This document shows, in pieces, positions 27,139 through 35,323 of a DNA stretch of 64,000 bases. The notes beneath the pieces were generated by a model. It saw only the letters and a list, made by a program, of their open reading frames with translations, ran no database searches and was not told the origin of the DNA. Origin of the DNA: an uncultured virus (IMG/VR IMGVR_UViG_3300009104_000003) (taxonomy: Duplodnaviria > Heunggongvirae > Uroviricota > Caudoviricetes); the IMG/VR virus record IMGVR_UViG_3300009104_000003, one strand, 5' to 3'. Numbering within the stretch: the first letter of the stretch is position 1; every line of letters starts with the position of its first letter. Both the position numbers and the translations under genes were made by a program.

Positions 27139-28532
27139 TTTCCTACCTTAATATATGTAGAACTATCTAATAAGTCTGATCCAGCATAGTTAACAAAATT
27201 GGTTATCATAGCATTAGCTTTAGTTCCGGTATTTTTGTCTATATAATAAGCAGTATATAATGCTGCGAATTTAGCAGAGATCCAAGTCCAGTCCTTTTGA
27301 GTTATTTGCTCATCAAATTCTTTTCTTTTGGCTGAAGGATAAAAGTGATTATATAAATTATAGAATAGATCAACTGCTCTTTTATTTCCTGCTGCAATCT
27401 TTTTAGCTGTAGGTTTAATTCCTTTCGCGTGTACGGGTGGAGCTTTTCCTGCTTCTCTTTTGATAAAATCTATTATAATTCCCCAACTAAGTCCACCACC
27501 TCTGGCTTTCTTACCTTTTATTTCTATTTTATTCGTTGAACCTGGGGAATTATCTTTAAAATTTAAAACACCTTTATCATAAACTATATCCATTCCTTTC
27601 CAGGACCAGAAATCCCCACGATCAGATTCTAATTTTATCTTTTTTAATTTATACATAGGAGATGCTGGTGGATCAGTAAGGTTAAATTCTTTATTATAAG
27701 GAGGATATTTTGGAGCTTCTTTAAGTGATATAGCAACTAATCTTCTATCAAAATAAAGATTCATTATAGAAGTATTTAATGCTTGAACTGAATCAGTAGC
27801 TATTTCTTTTTTAAGGTTTAGACCTTTTTCTATTGCCCATACATCTCCTGGATTCCATTTATCATCTTTTAATGGTTTGAATCCATTATTTCTGTAGGCT
27901 TGATTCTTTAAAGCATATATTAAAGTCATGCCTGGACCTTGCCGATCAAAGGTATGATTTTTATTAATATATCCATTCTCAATTAACCATTTAGATATAT
28001 TATAAGATGAATACCACCATTTTTCTGGGGTTTCTAATATGAGATCTGTATTTGCAGAGATGTTTGATTTACCATTATCTTTATATGCTTGAGCTATAAC
28101 TTTATCATCAAAGTATTCAATATCATGATTAGATCCTGCATGAACCATAGCATACATCATAGAAGCATTGTGGGATTCGTTTCTATCTGTATCTATAGAA
28201 CCAGAACCAGCACCACCAACTCCTCCTCCAAATACTTTGGATTTAGCTAAGTCATTTGATTTGTATTCTGTCCCATCTATAGCTATAAGAGGGAAACCAG
28301 ATTTACCAAAATGGTCGGGGTTCTTTTTGAATAATGAACAATTAACTAAAGCTGATTCAATTTCACCTACAGTTATTGTTCCACCTTTAGCTAATTCTAA
28401 AGGCTCTTTGTTTTGGATTAGTCGAATAAGAATATCGATCCGAGGTTCTTTTGTAGAAGAATTCATCTTCTCCAACTGCGCTGGAGTCAATTTAACAGCT
28501 TCGGTGATATTTTTAAAGTGCTTAAAACGCAT
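27135..28532 (-). CDS. PD-(D/E)xK restriction-endonuclease-like protein
   Basis: DKWNPGDVWA...VAISLK. Confidence 0.6.
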   Translation of the reverse strand: MRFKHFKNITEAVKLTPAQLEKMNSSTKEPRIDILIRLIQNKEPLELAKGGTITVGEIESALVNCSLFKKNPDHFGKSGFPLIAIDGTEYKSNDLAKSKVFGGGVGGAGSGSIDTDRNESHNASMMYAMVHAGSNHDIEYFDDKVIAQAYKDNGKSNISANTDLILETPEKWWYSSYNISKWLIENGYINKNHTFDRQGPGMTLIYALKNQAYRNNGFKPLKDDKWNPGDVWAIEKGLNLKKEIATDSVQALNTSIMNLYFDRRLVAISLKEAPKYPPYNKEFNLTDPPASPMYKLKKIKLESDRGDFWSWKGMDIVYDKGVLNFKDNSPGSTNKIEIKGKKARGGGLSWGIIIDFIKREAGKAPPVHAKGIKPTAKKIAAGNKRAVDLFYNLYNHFYPSAKRKEFDEQITQKDWTWISAKFAALYTAYYIDKNTGTKANAMITNFVNYAGSDLLDSSTYIKVGK

Positions 28533-28569
28533 TAACAGATTCCCATATAAAATAAAGTTTACTCTGTTC

Positions 28570-28577
28570 TATTTATG
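28570..28577 (-). promoter_or_regulatory. Late promoter variant CATAAATA heading the internal-protein array
   Basis: One mismatch to TATAAATA; intergenic position. Confidence 0.45.
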
Positions 28578-28582
28578 CTATT

Positions 28583-28810
28583 TTATTCTTCGTCTTTATC
28601 TTCTTGCCAGAATTGGTTAGGTTTTATTTCACCTTTATTATCATAGCAGATAATTTTTAATGCATGGAGCATTTCTATAGTTTTTTCTGCTCCAGCCTGT
28701 AATCCGGCCTTCCAACAAGAATAGCCTAAACCAATTCCACATATTGCTACTATGATTGCATCAGTTGACAATTGTATACTCCAAAACATAAACAGATTGA
28801 AATTCATCAC
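28583..28810 (-). CDS. Small membrane protein
   Basis: Hydrophobic helix; packed ORF. Confidence 0.55.
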   Translation of the reverse strand: MMNFNLFMFWSIQLSTDAIIVAICGIGLGYSCWKAGLQAGAEKTIEMLHALKIICYDNKGEIKPNQFWQEDKDEE

Positions 28811-28952
28811 CTAATTCTGCATTGGTATTGAATTTAATATTTCTATCTTTTTGTTTTAATTCAGCTATACGATCCCTTCTTTCTTTTTCAGTCTGGAAAG
28901 TTTCATATGCTCGATAAGCTTTAGTCACTTCGTTCTCCTGTACCCCAGTCAA
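28761..28952 (-). CDS. Hypothetical protein
   Basis: Fills the gap after the ligase. Confidence 0.45.
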   Translation of the reverse strand: MTGVQENEVTKAYRAYETFQTEKERRDRIAELKQKDRNIKFNTNAELGDEFQSVYVLEYTIVN

Positions 28953-30021
28953 TTACAACTGGAAATCTTGGTATACCATCTGGCGTTTTTTCAAAATAGC
29001 GAACTGTGACCCACGTGGGTTTTTCTTCTTGTTCTAGAAGTTCTTTTAATACCTCTTGTGTTCCTCGAACTCCACTTTTAAATATTCTTCCATCACCAAG
29101 TTCTAATTCAAAGTGTTTTGCATATCCGGCCCAAGTACCTGCGCCTTCTAATACACTTATCACATCAAATTCCTCGGTAATAAATTCTTTACGTTTAAGT
29201 AGATTTTTACTTCTCTTATTTTCATAAGGAGTATTATTTCTAACCATTTGACCTTCATATCCATCTTCGGTATATTCAGAATAAAGTTTATCTAACTCTT
29301 CTTGTGTTGCACATATTTCAGTTCGAACAATATGAATAGCATCATTAGGTTCTACTGCCAAATTAAATCTTTCTAAGAATAAAGCATCTGGAGCATCCGG
29401 ATCAAATAGATCATATATGTGATATTGAACCAATTCTTTAGACTCTAACATATCTTCTTCTGTAGGTTTTGTTTTACGAACCAAAGAAGTAATCTTATTA
29501 AAGTCAGATTTTAATTCGTGGTTATATAATTCACCATCTAATATAACATTAGGAAAAGCTTTAAAAAAGTTCTCAAGCTCTTCTGCTATATGAGGAACTG
29601 AAATTAATTCTTTTCCTGCTCTACTATATAGTCCATCTTTCCTGGCAATACATCTAATACCATCTAGTTTAGGTTGAGATATACCTTCGCTTTGGTGTCT
29701 TTTTGCATACTCGTGTGCTAACATAGGTTTGAATTTATCATATTTGTCAACATCTTCTTCACGCTCGAAATATTCTTTATCTAAATAAAGTTTCCATTTA
29801 GCTTCAGCTTCTTTTTGAGCTTGTTCAAAAGAGGTAGTAGCATTTGCTCTACCTACATTTTTTGGAAAAGATTCATTCCACGGGGAGGTAACTAATTTAC
29901 CATCTTTGAGGCCTGATATAGTTCTTATACCTGGATTAACCGGTCCAGAATATTCTATAGTCCAGACTCGGATATTTCCACTAGTATCTCTTTTATAAAG
30001 TGTTGGTAAAGGATATATCAT
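28921..30021 (-). CDS. ATP-dependent DNA ligase
   Basis: KPMLA, QPKLDGIR, LDGELY, YEGQMVR, LLKRK, PRFPV. Confidence 0.93.
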   Translation of the reverse strand: MIYPLPTLYKRDTSGNIRVWTIEYSGPVNPGIRTISGLKDGKLVTSPWNESFPKNVGRANATTSFEQAQKEAEAKWKLYLDKEYFEREEDVDKYDKFKPMLAHEYAKRHQSEGISQPKLDGIRCIARKDGLYSRAGKELISVPHIAEELENFFKAFPNVILDGELYNHELKSDFNKITSLVRKTKPTEEDMLESKELVQYHIYDLFDPDAPDALFLERFNLAVEPNDAIHIVRTEICATQEELDKLYSEYTEDGYEGQMVRNNTPYENKRSKNLLKRKEFITEEFDVISVLEGAGTWAGYAKHFELELGDGRIFKSGVRGTQEVLKELLEQEEKPTWVTVRYFEKTPDGIPRFPVVIDWGTGERSD

Positions 30022-30452
30022 TAGAAATCTCCTTCAGCTACTTGAAGAACTTTAAGACCTTGCTCTCTCCACATTTTAACAACGCGATCTCGATCATCAA
30101 GAACAAACTCAACATCATATTGACCTTTGATATGTTTTTCATAAAGGTCTAATTTTGCCTCATTGTCAGGTCTAAAATCTCTATCTTCCCTCATGATTAA
30201 TTTGTCAAAAGTAACATTATATTGCTCAAGCCATGCTGTAGTATCTTCCCGAACTCCTGATCGATCCATTCTTCCAGTAGTTACAAGAATATCATAAGTT
30301 ATTGATAATATTTTTACAAGATTGATAATTGACCATATAGGACGATCATTAATAACTTGCCCATAATCATGATGCTCACGGGTTTGAACCCCATTCTCAT
30401 CATAATGATCAGCGATAGTACCATCTATATCTACTATAATTGCTTTTCTCAT
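30021..30452 (-). CDS. HAD 3'-phosphatase (PseT phosphatase-domain-like)
   Basis: VDIDGTIAD, TTGR, VLDDRDRVVKMWR; start at MRK after GGAG. Confidence 0.85.
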   Translation of the reverse strand: MRKAIIVDIDGTIADHYDENGVQTREHHDYGQVINDRPIWSIINLVKILSITYDILVTTGRMDRSGVREDTTAWLEQYNVTFDKLIMREDRDFRPDNEAKLDLYEKHIKGQYDVEFVLDDRDRVVKMWREQGLKVLQVAEGDF

Positions 30453-30563
30453 TTTTAACTCCATAATATTTTCAACCCTGATGGGGAGCTTTTCATCTCC
30501 CCCTGTATGTTCGGTCATAACCCCCGAGAACTTTAGCACGTCTTCCCGGTGACGTAGGTGTGT

Positions 30564-30749
30564 TTAATAACCTGATGTTGTATGTGCATACGCATCTGGG
30601 CAATCAACTTCGCCACATGGGCATCCTTCACCTTCTGGTTCAGGTGCAAATTCCATTGGATGTTTGACCCCATATTTTTCGAGGTTTTCTACCTCGGTGG
30701 CAGTTAATGCACCGCCGCTAGCTTTTGCTAGTATTTCGTAATGATTCAT
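30564..30749 (-). CDS. Small Cys/His protein
   Basis: CPCGEVDCPDAYAH. Confidence 0.65.
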   Translation of the reverse strand: MNHYEILAKASGGALTATEVENLEKYGVKHPMEFAPEPEGEGCPCGEVDCPDAYAHTTSGY

Positions 30750-31147
30750 AATATACTCCCATCTATTACTCTTGAATTTCCTTTTAAAAGTCCAGTTTTT
30801 CCGGTTGGAGCTCTTTCACCACCTGCGCTATATCCTGCGATATAGTGTGGTCCTGTCCAAGCTACTGAATATTTTCCGAAGATGTTTCCTCTAGCTTTGT
30901 TAAGAGAAGGTGCTCTCCAGTTTTTAGCTTTTAATATATCTCCAACTTCGAAATCAGGATTTCCTTTGTTAACAAATCCCCAAACGGTATTGCCGTTCAT
31001 GATTTTGATATATTTGGACCCTTCTTTGACTTCGATTGAATCTCTAAAATCGTTGATTTTTGAATAATTTGCTTCGAACGCTCTAGAGGCCCACGCTGAA
31101 TAATCGTCACCGATGGCTTCGATTAGGGCTTTTAGTTCTTTTTTCAT
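30746..31147 (-). CDS. Conserved early hypothetical protein
   Basis: KYIKI...WGFV...GDILKAKNWRAP...ARGNI; start reset downstream of the promoter. Confidence 0.75.
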   Translation of the reverse strand: MKKELKALIEAIGDDYSAWASRAFEANYSKINDFRDSIEVKEGSKYIKIMNGNTVWGFVNKGNPDFEVGDILKAKNWRAPSLNKARGNIFGKYSVAWTGPHYIAGYSAGGERAPTGKTGLLKGNSRVIDGSIL

Positions 31148-31181
31148 ATGATTCCTTATCATTTTATTGTTTATGGTACCC

Positions 31182-31211
31182 ATTATACCACATTTCAAGA
31201 GGTTTGTAAAC
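31182..31211 (-). promoter_or_regulatory. Strong early promoter
   Basis: GTTTACA-N17-TATAAT plus AT-rich upstream element. Confidence 0.85.
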
Positions 31212-31257
31212 CCCCTATTTGCATCTTTTTTGAAAATAATTCGTAACAAATCGTAAC

Positions 31258-31283
31258 AAAAAAGGGAGCCGAAGCCCCCTTTT
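31258..31283 (-). terminator. Rho-independent terminator with UUCG loop
   Basis: GGGGGC-TTCG-GCTCCC followed by a T run. Confidence 0.85.
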
Positions 31284-31301
31284 ACAGAATAGATAATCTA
31301 A

Positions 31302-31481
31302 TTACTCTGCTTTAACTAAGGTATAGATACCATAAACTAGTCCGGCCCAAGCGAGCCATTTAGCTAATCCGCCTAAGAGAATTACAGAACCGCAAACCAC
31401 TACAATAGTTGTTCCGTCCCAGGTAGTTCTTTCAGCGACTCGGGCTTTCACCCAATCTACTGCCATATTTAAATAATTCAT
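31302..31481 (-). CDS. Small two-TM membrane protein (holin-like topology), 59 aa
   Basis: Hand translation MNYLNMAVDWVKARVAERTTWDG...LVYGIYTLVKAE; GAGG RBS. Confidence 0.65.
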   Translation of the reverse strand: MNYLNMAVDWVKARVAERTTWDGTTIVVVCGSVILLGGLAKWLAWAGLVYGIYTLVKAE

Positions 31482-31496
31482 ATTATTTCCTCTGGT

Positions 31497-32894
31497 TTAT
31501 ATTTTAAATTCGGAGTAAGGATCTTCCCTTTCGCCGAATTTGTTTATTGCTTTATCATCAGACACAACAGTATCGCTCATGATATCTGTTTGTGCCGATT
31601 CCTCTACATCGTAAAGCTTCATGCGGGAACGATCTATACCAATTACAAAACGCTTATATTTGGTCGGATCGTTATAACGATTTTTCAATTGTTTTACCAG
31701 CAATTGTCCAAGATCATCAAGTTCCTCTGTAGTAATAAGAGCGAACATGAGATCTGCCGTAGCCGGTAGACCAAATGATTCCGAAGTGTCCTCTAATCCT
31801 ACATCAGTATTTGAATAACCAGATCTAGTCGTTTGCGTTGCACTCACGATCGGGACATTAAATTCAACCGCTAAACCCCTTAATTCTTCCGCTATAGATT
31901 TAACGTATGAATAAGTATTTATACTTCCCCCGAGCCCACGCACCCTCGCGGACGCGCATATATTGATATAATCAACATAAATTATATCGGGTATAAAGTC
32001 TTTTTTTAGCTTTAGTTCATTGAGCAAAGCTCTAAAGTGCCCAGTGTGGGCTGCGCCCGTTGGGTACTCTTTAACTATAAGTTTCCCTATAGAGGTCTTT
32101 GCTATCCTTTGGATCTTTTTATCGAATACATTTTTTGGAAGCGTTTCCAATTGCTGTATAGGTAAATCCATAAGGTTAGCATCGATTCTTTCTGCTATTC
32201 TTTCTTCAGCCATTTCCATGGTGATATAAAGAACATTCTTTCCTAATTCAAGATTAGCTGCCGCAGTATGACACATAAAAAGAGATTTACCTACACCTGT
32301 ACCTGCCATTGCAATGTTTAAGGTTTTATTCGGTAAACCACCTTTTGTTATTTTATTAAAGTAATCCAAATCCCACGGGATTCTAGATTCTTTAGAATTA
32401 TAAAATTCAAATCTTTCTTCAGAGTTATCAATATAATCATGTCCAATATTTGGATCAAAATTAACTCCTAAAGCTTTTTGTAATATTCCTGGTATAGATT
32501 CTTCAGTTTGATCGCCTTTGCCATCAATGATTTGTATAGAATCCATTATAGCATTATATACAGCTCTATCCTTACACCATTTTTCTGTTTCAGAAACTAG
32601 ATATTCATGCTCTAGATCACTCTTTGATTTACATTCTCCAATGCATTCTCCTGCATTTATTCTTAAATCATCTGGGAGCTGAACCTTTTTAAGTTCTAAT
32701 TCTAATACCTTACCAGTAGGCATTTTATTATGTTTATTAACAAAATCTACTACAAGGTCAAACACCACACGGTGTGGTTGTTCAAAGTAATCTGGTTTTA
32801 GATAAGGTATTACTCTACGTAAATACTCTTCATCATTAATCAGATGACTTAGTACGTGTGTTTGTATTTGTGTTGTTATGTCCAATTGTGCCAA
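31497..32894 (-). CDS. 41: Replicative DNA helicase gp41
   Basis: AGTGVGKS, EMAEERIAERIDAN, SESFGLPATAD, QLKNRY. Confidence 0.96.
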   Translation of the reverse strand: MAQLDITTQIQTHVLSHLINDEEYLRRVIPYLKPDYFEQPHRVVFDLVVDFVNKHNKMPTGKVLELELKKVQLPDDLRINAGECIGECKSKSDLEHEYLVSETEKWCKDRAVYNAIMDSIQIIDGKGDQTEESIPGILQKALGVNFDPNIGHDYIDNSEERFEFYNSKESRIPWDLDYFNKITKGGLPNKTLNIAMAGTGVGKSLFMCHTAAANLELGKNVLYITMEMAEERIAERIDANLMDLPIQQLETLPKNVFDKKIQRIAKTSIGKLIVKEYPTGAAHTGHFRALLNELKLKKDFIPDIIYVDYINICASARVRGLGGSINTYSYVKSIAEELRGLAVEFNVPIVSATQTTRSGYSNTDVGLEDTSESFGLPATADLMFALITTEELDDLGQLLVKQLKNRYNDPTKYKRFVIGIDRSRMKLYDVEESAQTDIMSDTVVSDDKAINKFGEREDPYSEFKI

Positions 32895-33213
32895 TCACTT
32901 CTCCTTCTTCTAGTGATTCTTCCATTATATTTTGAAGTATTCCACCGATATAGTTTCTAAAATTTATATCGCCGATAAGTTCGTCTTCTTCGAATTGTCC
33001 TGCGTCTTGAATATCATAGGTAAATGCAAGGGTTGCAATATCTAATTCTGGACTCTCTTTTATTGAGACCTTACCATATATGTATACAACATCTTTCCAC
33101 CTACCTGTAAGTAATCTAACCCCATAAAATTCTATGTTATTAGATTCTACTAATTGATAATCATTACTGGTTATGACATTATTGTCGCCATTAGTATCAA
33201 ATTCACTACTCAT
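32836..33213 (-). CDS. gp40-like protein
   Basis: Syntenic between uvsX and 41; size fits. Confidence 0.55.
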   Translation of the reverse strand: MSSEFDTNGDNNVITSNDYQLVESNNIEFYGVRLLTGRWKDVVYIYGKVSIKESPELDIATLAFTYDIQDAGQFEEDELIGDINFRNYIGGILQNIMEESLEEGEVIGTIGHNNTNTNTRTKSSD

Positions 33214-34255
33214 TGTCTATATCCAATTCTACTTCTAGTAGTGGTTTATGACCTATTTGATAGTGACCTTTGACAAAGTCTTTGAAATCCGTTCCATCAA
33301 ATATTGGCGTCCAAAAAGATTCTGAAAGCGTGTCTTTCTCTCTAACTTTTGGATCGACCAGTTCTCCAGTATCTTTATCAACCCTGCAGTACCAACCAAC
33401 AGAAGGCTTAGCAACATAGTTACCAGCAAGAGCAACATCCAGTAAACCACTATAGCGCTCAATGCCACCTTCCCAGCTAACACTGATAGGAACTTTCGAC
33501 TTTTCTCTGACAAATCTTGATTTTTCCACGTTGATAACAAAATTATATCCTCTTATTTCTGTTCCTACTTTCTTTTGTTGTCTTCCTATAATCCATATAT
33601 TATCGGCAGAGTAATAGATACCCGTACCTCCGGAAACAATAGCTTTTGGAAACAGTCCCATCTCTTGATAGGTATGATTAATTGCTAAAAGGGAAATACT
33701 TTTCATAGTTAAATATGGTGTGACCATTCTAAATAATCCTTTTAACGCCTTAGCTCTCGACATATCAGCTACTGATTTTTCATTGAGTGTATCTTCTAGT
33801 TCTTTCTTTGAAGCTAAGTTCCCAATCGAATCAATAATAACTATTACCTTATCTCCTCTCTCCAGACTTTCTAGTTGATTAACTAGATCAAATTTTAATT
33901 GTTCTACATCTGTGATTGGAGTATGTAATACTCTTGATACATCAATATCAAATGATTCAAAGAATTTTTGCGGTGCTCCAAACTCTGAATCATAAAATAA
34001 TAATACTGCATCATCATGCTCTTTTAAATAATCTCTTGCTATAAGAAGAGCAAATGATGTCTTAAAATGTTTACTTGGCCCTGCTAGGACAGTAAGTCCT
34101 GGGGCTAAACCTCCATCTATATCTCCGGATAAAGCTGCGTTTATCATCGGAACTGATGTTGGCATTGTTTTAAAATCTTTAAAGAATATCGAATCAGATA
34201 AAACTGCAGTAGTTTTAATCTTGCTATTCTTTTTTAATTTATCCATTATTCCCAT
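33206..34255 (-). CDS. uvsX: RecA-like recombinase UvsX
   Basis: AGPSKHFKT, DSIGNLASKKE, SGGTGIYYSAD. Confidence 0.96.
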   Translation of the reverse strand: MGIMDKLKKNSKIKTTAVLSDSIFFKDFKTMPTSVPMINAALSGDIDGGLAPGLTVLAGPSKHFKTSFALLIARDYLKEHDDAVLLFYDSEFGAPQKFFESFDIDVSRVLHTPITDVEQLKFDLVNQLESLERGDKVIVIIDSIGNLASKKELEDTLNEKSVADMSRAKALKGLFRMVTPYLTMKSISLLAINHTYQEMGLFPKAIVSGGTGIYYSADNIWIIGRQQKKVGTEIRGYNFVINVEKSRFVREKSKVPISVSWEGGIERYSGLLDVALAGNYVAKPSVGWYCRVDKDTGELVDPKVREKDTLSESFWTPIFDGTDFKDFVKGHYQIGHKPLLEVELDIDNE

Positions 34256-34533
34256 TAGTATAACCTCCTACGATCTAAAGGTCTAAGGGACATTGAATCT
34301 TCTTTCTTTCTCCAACGGGCTGTTCCTTCTGCCTTTTTTCTAATTCTTTTTTGACAAGGCTTTTCGTAATATTCTCTACGCCTAACCTCTTGGATAATTC
34401 CAGCTCTTTCAACCTTCTTTCGAAATTTTCTCATTGCAAGATCAAAGGGCATAGGCTTCGGTGGCCTTTTATTTTTGTGCCTCTTGTTGCGTGGATTACG
34501 CGGAGGCCTAGGTCTTAAATCAACCATTACCAT
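34255..34533 (-). CDS. rpsU: Ribosomal protein bS21 with N-terminal basic extension
   Basis: FDLAMRKFRKKVERAGIIQEVRRREYYEKP. Confidence 0.88.
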   Translation of the reverse strand: MVMVDLRPRPPRNPRNKRHKNKRPPKPMPFDLAMRKFRKKVERAGIIQEVRRREYYEKPCQKRIRKKAEGTARWRKKEDSMSLRPLDRRRLY

Positions 34534-34555
34534 AATTTTTCTCCATAGTGCATCT

Positions 34556-34585
34556 ATTATACCACACTTTTATCTGTTTGTAAAC
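34556..34585 (-). promoter_or_regulatory. Sigma70-like early/middle promoter
   Basis: GTTTACA-N17-TATAAT. Confidence 0.8.
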
Positions 34586-34587
34586 CA

Positions 34588-34893
34588 TTATATCACGAAT
34601 TGCTGAAATAAATTCTTTAATAATAACAATAAGGCAAATGAATTTAATATGATTAAAGATCGATCTTCCCATATTGCTGAAACTATTAACCAACCTATAA
34701 CCCCAATGACTGAAAAGGTTAAATCATAAAATACAAAACCTTCTATTCCTCTCATTGACATTCCAGTAAGAAGGAAAACACTAGCTGTCCATTTAATATA
34801 CCAATCTGGTGTATATTTAGGTGTAGCTGATTTAAACCATCTTTTAGAATTTTTTATTTCTTCTGGACTAGGGTTTTCTCTAGATGAAGTCAT
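34588..34893 (-). CDS. Small multi-TM membrane protein
   Basis: DWYIKW; three hydrophobic segments; WEDRSLIILN. Confidence 0.7.
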   Translation of the reverse strand: MTSSRENPSPEEIKNSKRWFKSATPKYTPDWYIKWTASVFLLTGMSMRGIEGFVFYDLTFSVIGVIGWLIVSAIWEDRSLIILNSFALLLLLKNLFQQFVI

Positions 34894-35323
34894 ATATTAC
34901 TCCTGCTTCGTCAAACATTGAATGAGTTTCTAAGATTGCTACTTTCCATCTATCCGGAATTGAATCAATCCCATTTTTCGGTCCTACTACTCGAGTAATT
35001 CCTACTTGAATTATTCCTTTTGCACACTCATTACATACGGGAAGTCCGTGTACGTACAACGTGCTACCATCGAGCTTAGCTCCATTATATCCTGCATTGT
35101 ATATACAATTCATTTCCGCATGAACAACATATCGATATTTAACTTCTCTATTCTCTAGTCTAGTCTCTGATTCGGTTACACCTCTAGGAAATCCATTATA
35201 TCCTTGCGCGAGTACTTGCCCGCGCTCGCCTATCGCGACCGCGCCTACGCCCGTGCTCGGATCTTTCGACCATCCTGCAAAAAATCTTGCAAGATCTAAA
35301 TATTTTTCATCATGCTTGTGCAT
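34880..35323 (-). CDS. dCMP deaminase
   Basis: SKDPST, GYNG, HAEMN, PVCNEC. Confidence 0.92.
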   Translation of the reverse strand: MHKHDEKYLDLARFFAGWSKDPSTGVGAVAIGERGQVLAQGYNGFPRGVTESETRLENREVKYRYVVHAEMNCIYNAGYNGAKLDGSTLYVHGLPVCNECAKGIIQVGITRVVGPKNGIDSIPDRWKVAILETHSMFDEAGVIYDFI

